A DNA stretch of 64,000 nucleotides from Nitrospirota bacterium (GTDB lineage: Bacteria > Nitrospirota > UBA9217): the NCBI GenBank assembly GCA_963751455.1, contig CAVVUN010000009.1, forward strand, positions 32,001 to 96,000, in the 5' to 3' direction. Shown in pieces: positions 29,184-38,662 of this stretch. Numbering within the stretch: the first letter of the stretch is position 1; each line of letters starts with the position of its first letter. A program made the position numbers and the translations under genes. The notes beneath the pieces are model-generated. The model was not told where the DNA came from. It saw only the letters and a list, made by a program, of their open reading frames with translations, and did not search any database.

Positions 29184-31598
29184 ATGCTATGTCGATTGAT
29201 TCATTTTGAAAAAAAGCAGACCGCTCTACTAGCTTTAGCAGGAGTTTTTTTCCTCGCGTTGCTGCTCGTGCTTACCGGCATTGCGTACCACCGCGCCCAC
29301 TTGACATCACCTGACCCTACCTATTTCCTGCGCGACCGGCATGGCGCGTTCCTTGGCGAGGTTGGTGCCCCTGTTGACGGTGAGTACGGCTATTGGGAGC
29401 TGGAAACCATGCCGCCGCGCGTGGCAGCGGCAACCCTCGCCGTCGAAGACCGGAGGTTCTGGAACCATCCCGGGGTCGATGTACTTGCTGTTGCCAGGGC
29501 CTTGTATCAGAATACCATTCGCCTGAAACGGTCTTCCGGCGCATCGACGATCGCCATGCAGGTGACGCGCATGCAGAATCCAGGCTCCCGAAGCTATCTC
29601 AGGAAAGCAGTGGAAGCAATGACGGCGTTCTTTATTACGGCCCGGTTCAACCGCGAGGATATTCTGAAACACTATCTTTGCATCGTCCCGTATGGAAACC
29701 GGATCCACGGCATAGCGTACGCCGCACGCCGCTATTTTGACAAGCCGGTGGATGATCTCAGCTGGGCTGAAACTGCTTTTCTGACCGCAATTCCTCAAGC
29801 CCCGAAACGCTTGAATCCTTTTACGGAACAGGGGAAGAAGCGCGCGGCCCTCAGGGGAAAACGCATCCTGGACCTGCTATATCGTGACAAAGCGCTGAAC
29901 AGGGAAGAGTACGAACTCGCCTGTCTCCAAATTGAGGATCTTGCGGTTCCGCGACCGGGCATCAGGCCTGAACAGGCCATGCATGCGTTGCTCAGGATGG
30001 AGAGCATGCTGAAAGACAAGTCAGTGCAGCTTCAACCCCAGACGGGTCGGCTGGTCACGACCACACTTGACCTGGACTTGCAAAATGAAATGAGCCGACT
30101 CGTGTACGAGACAATAAGAAAATGGGATGCTGCGGGCGCACGAAATGCTGCAGCCATTATCGTGGATCGTGAAAGCAACGAGATCCTGTCGTGGATCGGG
30201 TCTACCGATTATTTTAACGAGTCCCATTCGGGAGCAATCGATTACGGGGATGTTCCACGGTCACCGGGCAGCGCGCTAAAACCGTTCTTCTATGCTCTTG
30301 CTCTTGAATCGCGCGACATAACGCCCTCAACGATTCTGAACGATCTGCAGCGGGGTCCGGGTGGGATCGTGAATGCCGACGCATTATTCATGGGACCCGT
30401 TCTGCCTCGCGTTGCTCTTGCTAATTCCCGAAATGTACCTGCAGCGGCGCTCCTGGAACAAATCGGCATTGAAAAGGGATATGATTTTCTTCGCGTTCTC
30501 GGCCTGCACCATGGCGAAGAGCCTGCGAGCCGGTACGGCGTGGGCATGTCGATCGGAAATTTTCCGGTTACGCTCGAAAAACTCGTACGCGCGTATTCCG
30601 TATTGTCGCGAGAAGGCCGTCTCGACGATCTGGTATGGTTCAAGGGGCAGACGAAAACGGCATCGCGACGCGTTCTGTCAGAAGACACAACCAGGCAAAT
30701 TGCACTCTTTCTTTCCGATCCGCTTGCGCGGATGCCCGGATTTTCGCGCATGAGTGCGCTCGAGTTTCCTTTTCCTGTTGCAATTAAAACCGGCACTTCA
30801 TCGCGCTTTCGGGACGCGTGGGCCTTGGCATTTTCCGTCCGCTATCTCGTAGGCGTATGGGTAGGGGACCCGGATTTCCAGCCCATGAACCATCTTACCG
30901 GCTCGACATCTGCTGCGGAACTTGTTAAAAATATATTGACCACCCTGCACGCTGATCAGCAGACCGGATTAAATGATCTGTCCTTCCCGCCGCCCCGAGG
31001 CTTCAAAGCGGCGCGAGTGTGTGCCCTGACAGGGAACCTGGCAACTGATGCCTGCGATCGGGTGCTCCTCGAATGGTTCAGGCCATCGGAATACCCGGTC
31101 AATCACTGCTCGGTACATGTCCGGATCGCGATTGACGGTCGAACCGGCATCCCGGCGTTGTCGACGACACCTCGTGAGTTCATAACCGTCAGGACGTTTG
31201 TCGATCTCCCTCCACGATATGCCGACTGGGCTGCGGCAGCCGGGCTCAGTATGCCGCCCAAAAGGCCGGTTGACAATGCACTGTTCAAACCGGGTTCAGA
31301 GGAAGCGCTGCTTTCCCTTCGCGATAAAAAGGTTCTTGTAAATATCGTTTCCCCGGAAAACGGCCTGCGCCTGATTCGCGACCCTGAAACGCCAGAAGAC
31401 CAGGCAACACTGGCATTAAGGGCTGTTGTTGATCCCGTTGTTCCGCAACTGGTGTGGTATGTGGACGGGAAACCCTTCCAGGTTGCGGACTATCCCTACA
31501 CAGCGCGTCTTGCGCTCACTCCCGGGGAGCACACGATACAGGCAGGTTTTCCTGATGCGCCTTTTTCTTCAAGACGGGTCACAATAATTGTCCAGTAA
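29184..31598 (+). CDS. pbpC: Penicillin-binding protein 1C
   Basis: EDRRFWNHPGVD, GASTIAMQ, RSPGSALKPF (SxxK), SRN, KTGTS and a C-terminal Ig-like domain; lies downstream of A2M. Confidence 0.93.
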   Translation: MLCRLIHFEKKQTALLALAGVFFLALLLVLTGIAYHRAHLTSPDPTYFLRDRHGAFLGEVGAPVDGEYGYWELETMPPRVAAATLAVEDRRFWNHPGVDVLAVARALYQNTIRLKRSSGASTIAMQVTRMQNPGSRSYLRKAVEAMTAFFITARFNREDILKHYLCIVPYGNRIHGIAYAARRYFDKPVDDLSWAETAFLTAIPQAPKRLNPFTEQGKKRAALRGKRILDLLYRDKALNREEYELACLQIEDLAVPRPGIRPEQAMHALLRMESMLKDKSVQLQPQTGRLVTTTLDLDLQNEMSRLVYETIRKWDAAGARNAAAIIVDRESNEILSWIGSTDYFNESHSGAIDYGDVPRSPGSALKPFFYALALESRDITPSTILNDLQRGPGGIVNADALFMGPVLPRVALANSRNVPAAALLEQIGIEKGYDFLRVLGLHHGEEPASRYGVGMSIGNFPVTLEKLVRAYSVLSREGRLDDLVWFKGQTKTASRRVLSEDTTRQIALFLSDPLARMPGFSRMSALEFPFPVAIKTGTSSRFRDAWALAFSVRYLVGVWVGDPDFQPMNHLTGSTSAAELVKNILTTLHADQQTGLNDLSFPPPRGFKAARVCALTGNLATDACDRVLLEWFRPSEYPVNHCSVHVRIAIDGRTGIPALSTTPREFITVRTFVDLPPRYADWAAAAGLSMPPKRPVDNALFKPGSEEALLSLRDKKVLVNIVSPENGLRLIRDPETPEDQATLALRAVVDPVVPQLVWYVDGKPFQVADYPYTARLALTPGEHTIQAGFPDAPFSSRRVTIIVQ

Positions 31599-31605
31599 GA
31601 CTGCA

Positions 31606-31670
31606 TACCCTAAAAAATACCCCGTTTTATTTTCTTTATATCAATTATCAATTCTATTATACTTTGGTTG
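31606..31670 (+). repeat. ~65-bp promoter-like direct repeat, copy B
   Basis: taccctaaaaaataccccg...ttatactttggttg. Confidence 0.7.
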
Positions 31671-31864
31671 TAATTCTTTGATCTTCCATATTCGCGCCTA
31701 TTTGTTTTACGGACTGCAAATCTGAAGACTTTTTTTTCAAAAATATTAGTTGCTGGTGGCTTATGTAGATGGATGTTTTTTATGAATCATGCGGAGAGGA
31801 TGCAAGATAGCGGACGTAGTAGCGAAAGATTTTGATATTACTGAACTGAACAGGAGGTGTTGTC

Positions 31865-32443
31865 ATGAGTACTATAGGCGAGGGGATGAGCGGTCTGGAG
31901 ATGTTCTTTCTGATATGCGCTCTTATCGGCGGGGGACTCTTTGTAGTCAGGTTCGTGATCCAGCTCTTTGGCGGCAGCCACACCGACGGTGACATGGATA
32001 TCCAGGTAGGTCATGCCGATGTGGACCATGTGGATGCTGATGTCAGTTTCAAGCTGCTCACTCTCCAGGGGTTGACCGCTTTTTTTATGATGTTCGGCCT
32101 CGTTGGTTTTGCAATGCTGCGGGAAAGCCGAACCGGCAGCGGGGTTGCCCTGGTCAGCGCCCTTGCTGCCGGGCTGGGAACGGTATGGCTCATCGGCAAG
32201 ATATTTACCTCGGTCAAGAAGCTCCAGTCCAGCGGGACCATTGACAACGCTGATGCGATCGGCGAACACGGAACAGTGTCTCTTACGATCCATGCAAAAG
32301 GGACAGGGAAGGTGCTTGTCACGATGAAAGACCGGCCCCGCGAGTTCGAGGCTGTGGCGAAGAACGGCGAAGAGATCAAGACCGGCGAACGGGTCAAGGT
32401 CCTGGAAGTCAACGGGAGCATGGTAATTGTCGGAAAGATATAA
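31865..32443 (+). CDS. NfeD-like membrane protein (flotillin partner)
   Basis: TMs plus a C-terminal OB-like region (IGEHGTVSLTI..G.GKV..EIKTGERVKVLEV); adjacent to an SPFH gene. Confidence 0.85.
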   Translation: MSTIGEGMSGLEMFFLICALIGGGLFVVRFVIQLFGGSHTDGDMDIQVGHADVDHVDADVSFKLLTLQGLTAFFMMFGLVGFAMLRESRTGSGVALVSALAAGLGTVWLIGKIFTSVKKLQSSGTIDNADAIGEHGTVSLTIHAKGTGKVLVTMKDRPREFEAVAKNGEEIKTGERVKVLEVNGSMVIVGKI

Positions 32444-32510
32444 AAGAGGAAACACCGGAAACAAAATTTAAATCCGAGCGAGCAAAAGAACGGTAACTAA
32501 CAGGGTTTTC

Positions 32511-32715
32511 CCTAACCCGGACAAGCCGGAACTAAAACCTTGGAACCGCGAAGGCGCGAAGGTCGCGAAGAAAACCTTGCAAGTCTTGAATTAAAACAAA
32601 ATCTTTGTTTTGATGTCCTTCGCGTTCGCTTGTGCCCAGCGCATGTGAGTGCTTGCCGCGAATGCAGGGCATCGCGCCTTCGCGGTAAATATTCTTCCCA
32701 TTTTGAGAAGGATTT
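32511..32715 (+). repeat. Composite palindromic element with conserved outer ends, CGCGAAGG arms and a nested 43-bp element (32628-32671)
   Basis: cctaacccggacaagccggaactaaaacctt...ttcttcccattttgagaag; both ends are shared with 44091-44256. Confidence 0.8.
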
Positions 32716-32753
32716 GATTTGTAACAGACTAAACAGATATTAAAGGAGGTCTT

Positions 32754-34307
32754 ATGTTCAACATGGGTTTATGGGTCCTGCCGATCGCGGCACTGATCAT
32801 ACTTGTAGTATCAACGGTTGTGTTCCTGGCATCGCGGTACAAACGGTGTCCCTCGGACATGATCCTCGTGGTGTACGGAAAGGTTGGGGAAGGGCAGTCG
32901 GCCCGGTGCATCCACGGCGGAGGCGCCCTGGTTTGGCCGCTGATCCAGGACTCGGCGTACATGAGCCTCACCCCGATCACCATCAGCATCCCGCTCCAGA
33001 ACGCGCTTTCGCTCCAGAACATCCGCATTAACGTCCCGAGCACCTTCACCGTCGGCATCAGCGTTGATAAGAGCACCATGAACAACGCTGCTGAACGGCT
33101 CCTGAACCTTCCGCCCCAGCGCATTGAGGACATGGCCAAGGAGATCATCTTCGGCCAGTTGCGCCTGACCGTGGCATCGCTTACGATCGAGCAGATCAAC
33201 CAGGACCGGGAAAGCTTTCTCGAGTCCATCAGGAAGAACGTGGAGCCGGAACTGAACAAGATCGGCCTGTACCTCATCAACGTGAACATCACGGACATTA
33301 CCGACGAATCTGACTACATTCAGAGCATCGGGAAGAAGGCGGCCTCGGAAGCCATTAACCGCGCCCGCGTCGATGTCGCGGAGCAGGACAAGATGGGCGC
33401 GATCGGCCAGGCCGTGGCCAACCGGGACAAGGAGATCAAGGTCGCCGAGAATACGGCAGAGTCGGAAAAGGGAAAGAAGCGGGCCGATGCGGACCGCCGC
33501 GTATTCGTACAACAGCAGGAGACTGCGGCATCGATCGGCGAAGCGGACGCCAACCGGGAGAAGGAGATCCGGATCGCCGAGAACGTGGCCATGTCCGAAA
33601 AGGGAAAGAAAAAAGCTGAAGCTGACCGCCGCGTGTATGTGCAGGCGCAGGAAGCGGAAGCAGTCACGGGCGAGAACAAGGCCAAGGCTGATATCGCGGC
33701 AACCAATGCCGAACTCGCCATGCGTCAGGCAGAAGCGCTCCAGAAGGGCGAGGTCGCCCGGCGCGAGGCTGAGGTCGAAATCCAGAAAGCCCAGTACCGC
33801 GCGGAACAGGAACGCCTGAACGCAGAGGAAGTGGTAAAGCAAGAGATAGGCAAAAAGAAGATTGAGATTGCAGCAGAGGCAGAGGCAGAGAAGACGCGCA
33901 GAGAAGCAAAGGGTGTAGCGGACGGCATCCTGCTCAAGTACGAAGCAGAGGCCAAGGGTATCAGGCAGGTGCTCGAGAGCAAGGCCGCAGGGTATCAGAA
34001 CCTGGTCAAGAGCTGCAACGGCGACGCCAGGGCGGTGGCAACGCTGCTCATGACCGAGAAGATCGAGCAGATCGTGGCCATGCAGGTGGAGGCTATCAAG
34101 AACATCAAAATCGACAAGGTCACGGTCTGGGATTCAGCAGGCGGCCATGGCGACGGCAGTTCCTCAACGTCGAGCTTCCTTTCGAGCCTCGTGCGAAGCA
34201 TCCCGCCGCTCCAGGATGTGGCCAGGATGGCGGGAGTCGAACTTCCGAGTTATCTTGGGGCGATGACGGAGAAGACAGAAGGGGAGAAGGAAGGCAAGAC
34301 AAATTGA
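32754..34307 (+). CDS. Flotillin/SPFH domain protein
   Basis: N-terminal TM, RYKRCPSD, GQLRLTVASLTIEQIN, AEA-rich coiled coil, IKIDKVTVWD. Confidence 0.95.
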   Translation: MFNMGLWVLPIAALIILVVSTVVFLASRYKRCPSDMILVVYGKVGEGQSARCIHGGGALVWPLIQDSAYMSLTPITISIPLQNALSLQNIRINVPSTFTVGISVDKSTMNNAAERLLNLPPQRIEDMAKEIIFGQLRLTVASLTIEQINQDRESFLESIRKNVEPELNKIGLYLINVNITDITDESDYIQSIGKKAASEAINRARVDVAEQDKMGAIGQAVANRDKEIKVAENTAESEKGKKRADADRRVFVQQQETAASIGEADANREKEIRIAENVAMSEKGKKKAEADRRVYVQAQEAEAVTGENKAKADIAATNAELAMRQAEALQKGEVARREAEVEIQKAQYRAEQERLNAEEVVKQEIGKKKIEIAAEAEAEKTRREAKGVADGILLKYEAEAKGIRQVLESKAAGYQNLVKSCNGDARAVATLLMTEKIEQIVAMQVEAIKNIKIDKVTVWDSAGGHGDGSSSTSSFLSSLVRSIPPLQDVARMAGVELPSYLGAMTEKTEGEKEGKTN

Positions 34308-34523
34308 TATGACAGGGAGACTGTTTTCGTCGATGTCAGGGAGGACCGTGTAGTTCTATTCGGCAGCGTAGGCCAGGACAGGCGAAGTAACAGCGGAATT
34401 CGGTTATGAGTGATGCCCCAAAATGGCATTTTACCTTGCCTTTTCAGTGTATTTGTAATAATCTTATGAGTGAGAATGTGCTGCGGCCAAATATGGATTT
34501 TCTGATGGTCGCTGAGGGAAACC

Positions 34524-34784
34524 GTGCCGGAACTAAGCAGATTTTTTGGCATCATTATAGCCATGTTTTACGATGATCATAACCCTCCGCACTTTCACGC
34601 CCGCTATGGCGGCTATAAAGCTTCAATCAGCATCAATGACTTTGCCGTACTCGATGGTTTTCTGCCTCCCCGGGCATTGGGGCTTGTAATGGAATGGGCG
34701 GATATTCACAAGGATGAACTCATGGCCGCTTGGAACCTGGCAAGGGAGAATAAACCTCCGGCCCCGATTGAGCCGCTGAAGTAA
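34524..34784 (+). CDS. DUF4160 family protein (putative toxin-antitoxin component)
   Basis: MPELSRFFGIIIAMFYDDHNPPHFHARY..LPPRALGLVMEW. Confidence 0.9.
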   Translation: MPELSRFFGIIIAMFYDDHNPPHFHARYGGYKASISINDFAVLDGFLPPRALGLVMEWADIHKDELMAAWNLARENKPPAPIEPLK

Positions 34785-34794
34785 GGAGTGTGTT

Positions 34795-35085
34795 ATGTAT
34801 GACCTCATCGAAGCAAAATATATAGACGGATACGTGTTGGAGTTGGTTTTTGAAAACGGCAAGAAGGGCATGTTTGATTTTTCGAGTTATGTGAAAAAGG
34901 GCGGCGTGTTCGGCAGGTTTTCTGATCTTGCCTACTTCAAGAACTTCTTCGTAAACAAAGAATTAGGCGTTTTGTGCTGGCCGGATGGATTGGATATAGC
35001 GCCGGAAACGCTCTATCATAAGGCAACAGGGGAACCGCTTCCCGCATGGATGACAGTAGGAAAGCAGCCGCGGGTGAAGGGATAG
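34795..35085 (+). CDS. DUF2442 family protein (partner of DUF4160)
   Basis: LELVFENG..FDF..WPDGLDIAPETLY. Confidence 0.9.
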   Translation: MYDLIEAKYIDGYVLELVFENGKKGMFDFSSYVKKGGVFGRFSDLAYFKNFFVNKELGVLCWPDGLDIAPETLYHKATGEPLPAWMTVGKQPRVKG

Positions 35086-35138
35086 TGTTTTAGAGAGACG
35101 GACGTAGGGAATGGAGCGATAGCGTAAATATCAGCACG

Positions 35139-35187
35139 AAGCCGGTTGGAAATGAGGAAATTCATCATTAACCGGCTTTTTCTTTTC
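35139..35187 (+). terminator. Hairpin plus T-tract, repeated at 36009-36054
   Basis: aagccggtt...aaccggcttttt. Confidence 0.7.
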
Positions 35188-35271
35188 AATCGACTGGAAT
35201 AAGTTTCGCTTGTCATCACAGTTCGGTTTCTTGTATACTTGCTTCAATCTTAGCCCTACCAGGAGCCTGCT

Positions 35272-35970
35272 ATGGAAGAAAAAGACTTTCAACGGATTGA
35301 GCAATTGATCGGCAGGGCTGTAAGCTCCGAAGTTGGCAAGGCAGTAAAGGCTGAAATCGGAAGTGTTAGAGAAGAGATAAAGGCTGTCAGGGGTGAAGTA
35401 GCGGGCGTCGCAGAGGGTCTTAACACCGTAAAGGCTCAAGTCGGGAGTCTGGCAGAGGAACTTAATACTGTAAAAGCTAAAGTCGGGAGCGTTGCAGAAG
35501 AACTTAATACCGTAAAAGTTCAAGTCGGTAGCGTAGCAGAAGAACTTAATACAGTAAAAATTCAAGTCGGTAGTGTGGCAGAAGAACTTAATACTGTAAA
35601 AGCTCAAGTCGGTAGCGTAGGAGAAGAACTTAATACCGTAAAAATTCAAGTCGGTAGTGTAGCAGAAGAACTAAATACCGTAAAAGCTCATGTCGGGAAC
35701 GTAACAGAAGAAATACATACAGTGAAGTCGCAGCTTGTCAGTTTTAAGGATGAAATAAAAGAAGATTTCCGTGTACAAATCGGCATTCTTTCTGAAGATT
35801 TTCAACAAAAGCTGCAACTGGTCGCGGAAGGGCATCAAATGCTGTCTGAAAAAATGGACAGGATGCACGATGATTTGACCGGGAAGATCGATGCCGTCAC
35901 CGGGGACCTGGCCGCACATCGGGCTGACACTGAAGGCCACAAACGAGGATACATGATAAAGGAACCGTAA
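35272..35970 (+). CDS. Coiled-coil protein with 14-aa (42-bp) tandem repeats
   Basis: About 8 copies of VGSVAEELNTVKAQ; AGGAG RBS. Confidence 0.8.
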   Translation: MEEKDFQRIEQLIGRAVSSEVGKAVKAEIGSVREEIKAVRGEVAGVAEGLNTVKAQVGSLAEELNTVKAKVGSVAEELNTVKVQVGSVAEELNTVKIQVGSVAEELNTVKAQVGSVGEELNTVKIQVGSVAEELNTVKAHVGNVTEEIHTVKSQLVSFKDEIKEDFRVQIGILSEDFQQKLQLVAEGHQMLSEKMDRMHDDLTGKIDAVTGDLAAHRADTEGHKRGYMIKEP

Positions 35971-36008
35971 TTGATCGAAGACGCCTGATTATTGAAAAAA
36001 AGAACACA

Positions 36009-36054
36009 AAGCCGGTTGGAAGTGAAGGAATTCATCTTTGACCGGTTTTTTTTC
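36009..36054 (+). terminator. Second copy of the hairpin/T-tract
   Basis: aagccggttggaagtgaaggaattcatctttgaccggttttttttt. Confidence 0.7.
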
Positions 36055-36290
36055 TGGCTGGGAGGTCTTACTTCGCGCTCTATGTTTATGGCCGCGACTT
36101 GGCAATAGCTTTTTGAATCAAAACCTGAATTAATTTTCGAGGCAAAAGCCACAAAATAAATCTTAATTTTGAATCTGGAATTTCTTCGTGTCTTCGTGGC
36201 TTCGTGTGAGGCAGATTCAAAGGTCTTGATTTTGGTTTATTGTTCTGAGGTGCTGCCTCGTTAAGCATTTAAAGTCTTCGGAGGTTAACG

Positions 36291-36670
36291 ATGGGAACAA
36301 AAGAATGCCGCCACTGTAAACAGCCGATACACCATGATGCGCGCCGCTGCCAGCATTGCCAGGGCATGCAGTCATGGATCGCCGACCAGAAAGATCCTCG
36401 GATGGTGGCGCTGGTCTTCATCCCGCTTGTGCTCATCCTCGGTGGATTTATGATAATGGCCCGCACAATCTCGAAACCTTTGGAATAAAAAGAATTTCAC
36501 CTCCATCCTTGTCCGTTAAAAATGTGGTCTATCGCTTCGGAAACGGCGGCAAAATATTCGTATCCGGCCAGATTTCGAACACATCCGACACTGATGCCGG
36601 GAAAACCTGCTTTCGCGTCAATCTTTATTGTCCAATCTGCCACTACTACCGGCGTCCGATGCGGACTTGA
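36291..36670 (+). pseudogene. Zinc-ribbon + TM + FxLYD-like protein, frameshifted and truncated
   Basis: CRHC..CQHC and a TM end at stop 36488; another frame continues VSGQISNTSD..FRVNLY. Confidence 0.5.
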
Positions 36671-36705
36671 CATTGTATATATAAGACGTTAATATTGTAT
36701 ATACA
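36667..36705 (+). promoter_or_regulatory. sigma70 promoter with palindromic operators (vapBC autoregulation)
   Basis: TTGACA - 17 nt - TAATAT; TGTATATATA and TGTATATACA boxes overlap it. Confidence 0.75.
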
Positions 36706-36730
36706 TTAAAAGAGGGGAGGCAATGGTAGA

Positions 36731-36925
36731 ATGAAGTCTTCTGTTAAAATGACAACCATACGGCTTGATATGAAGCTTGCGAACGAGGCGGTGAAAACGC
36801 TCGGAGCAAAGAACAAGAGCGAAGCGGTTCATATGGCGTTAAGAGAGGTGGTGGAGCTCAAGAAGTTCAAGAACTTGATGGCGGCATACGGTGGGAAACT
36901 GAAATTCGAGGCCCATGGCAGGTAG
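36731..36925 (+). CDS. vapB: VapB-type antitoxin
   Basis: TTIRLD..LANEA...GAKNKSEAVHMALRE, RHH-like; overlaps the PIN gene. Confidence 0.85.
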   Translation: MKSSVKMTTIRLDMKLANEAVKTLGAKNKSEAVHMALREVVELKKFKNLMAAYGGKLKFEAHGR

Positions 36926-37325
36926 GATCGTTATTTTCGATACGTCCGTCTTTATTGACCATTTGCGGACGAACAAGTACAGAGAAGAGTTCTCCGTAGT
37001 GAGCGGCCTTATCCGGAACTCGGCGGTCGTGCTCGCGGAACTTCGGCGGGGCGCGACCCGGCAAGATGAGCTCTCTTTTATCAATACCCTGATGCAAAAT
37101 CACCCGATACTGACGCCGACGGAAAAGAACTGGGTTGAATCAGGAGAAATTCTGAGCAAGCTGCATCGCGAGCAAGGTTATAGCCCGGAAAAACTCCGGG
37201 ATTTGCATTTCGATGTTCTTATCGCACTAACCGCACGCAATTTCGGCGCTACTGTCGTTACCTCCAATACCTCGGATTTCGAGTTGATACGGCGCTGTAA
37301 GTCGTTCACGCTGGAGGTCTGGTAA
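36915..37325 (+). CDS. vapC: PIN-domain VapC toxin
   Basis: IFDTSVFID, VLAEL..G, FDVLIA.TA, VVTSN..DF. Confidence 0.92.
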   Translation: MAGRIVIFDTSVFIDHLRTNKYREEFSVVSGLIRNSAVVLAELRRGATRQDELSFINTLMQNHPILTPTEKNWVESGEILSKLHREQGYSPEKLRDLHFDVLIALTARNFGATVVTSNTSDFELIRRCKSFTLEVW

Positions 37326-37554
37326 TCCGGTACGCTTTTTCTTGAGCCTCGTTTATCCGATTTTATCAAAAAACGCGCTGAAGACCACGGGCGTAAGCCC
37401 GTGGATGAAAGCGTACCAGCCGTAGGCTGGTAATGTTTTAATGTGATACAATGGCGGCATGGAAATTAGACATAGTGCTCATGGTGCCTATCATCACCAG
37501 TATCACATAGTATGGATTCCCAAATATCGGAAACGGATTTTAAAAGGGGAGTTA

Positions 37555-38662
37555 TTAACGGTCCCATAATAGAAACAACATTAAACCGCGTACTTGGTTG
37601 TTTCGTTATTGAAGTAAGCCCGCACACGGTCGGGTGATTTCTGGATAAATCGCAGGTGGCTTATTACCGCCCCATGCATTTGATCGCGCGAGGTAATAAC
37701 CTGTTGGCCGATTGCGTTATTCTTCAGATCGTTCCAGACCCGCTCGTCGGGGTTCAACTCAGGTGAATAGGGCGGTAGAAAAAACAGTCGAAAGCGCTTC
37801 TTAATGGATTCAACAAATTTCGAAACCTTTTTGGCCTTATGGGCAGGATGCCCATCGACAATCAGAAAAATCATTCGATCAGTGCCATGAATCAATCGTT
37901 TGATAAACTCAATAAATTGCTGCGCTCCTACCCGCCCCTTGACGACCATGAAGCGGAATTCTCCTTGTGCGCTTACCGCCGAGATCATATTCAGACTAAA
38001 GCGCGCTCCTGTGCTGCTCACAACGGGAGTCTTGCCTTTTACTGCCCAGGTGGTGCCTGCATGATGATCAGAGCGAACACCAGCTTCATCTCCAAAGAAT
38101 ATTTGCGCCTTTTCTTTGCGTGCAAGGCTGCGAATCTTCGGATATTCTTTCTCCAGCCAGCGCTGAACTTCCTCCGGTTTTTGCTGATAGGCCCGCCAGA
38201 CAGGACGCTGCGGCGTCAGTCCCAGTTGCGCCAACAAGCGGCACACAGAAGACTTGCTCAATCGCACACCGAATCTCTGATAGATTATCTGGCCGATCAT
38301 CTTTGCCGTCCACAAGGCGTAGGTAAACTTCATCTGAAGAGGGTTCTTCATCGTCACGGTGCGATAGATCCATTGCATGGCTTTAGCGTCCAATTTCGTA
38401 GGGCGTCCGCCGCGCTTGCTTGCGTCCAGAGCGCCCCAGCCGCCGTTGCGGTATCGAGACAGCCATCCATAGATGGTTACCCGGTGAATACTCAGTGCTT
38501 TGGCTACAAGCTCAGGGCTTTGACCTTCCTGCACACTGGCTACCGCACGTTTTCTCAGTTCTGTCAGAGTCTTGTGATCAAGTCGTCTCGCATCTGTCTT
38601 TTTCATGCGAAACAGCATAGCATAAGTGCGTAATTATGTAAACACTATTTTGAGACAGTTAA
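37555..38662 (-). mobile_element. IS630-family insertion sequence (1108 bp)
   Basis: TIRs ttaacggtcccataatag / ctattttgagacagttaa; TA duplication at 37553-37554 and 38663-38664. Confidence 0.93.
37581..38618 (-). CDS. IS630 DDE transposase, intact
   Basis: HTH; FGDEAG, IVDGHPAH, LPPYSPELNPDERVW. Confidence 0.95.
   Translation of the reverse strand: MLFRMKKTDARRLDHKTLTELRKRAVASVQEGQSPELVAKALSIHRVTIYGWLSRYRNGGWGALDASKRGGRPTKLDAKAMQWIYRTVTMKNPLQMKFTYALWTAKMIGQIIYQRFGVRLSKSSVCRLLAQLGLTPQRPVWRAYQQKPEEVQRWLEKEYPKIRSLARKEKAQIFFGDEAGVRSDHHAGTTWAVKGKTPVVSSTGARFSLNMISAVSAQGEFRFMVVKGRVGAQQFIEFIKRLIHGTDRMIFLIVDGHPAHKAKKVSKFVESIKKRFRLFFLPPYSPELNPDERVWNDLKNNAIGQQVITSRDQMHGAVISHLRFIQKSPDRVRAYFNNETTKYAV

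Noticed and set aside
35398-35735. 42-bp tandem repeats as a CRISPR array
   Set aside because: There are no unique spacers, variation is codon-like within an ORF, and no cas genes are present
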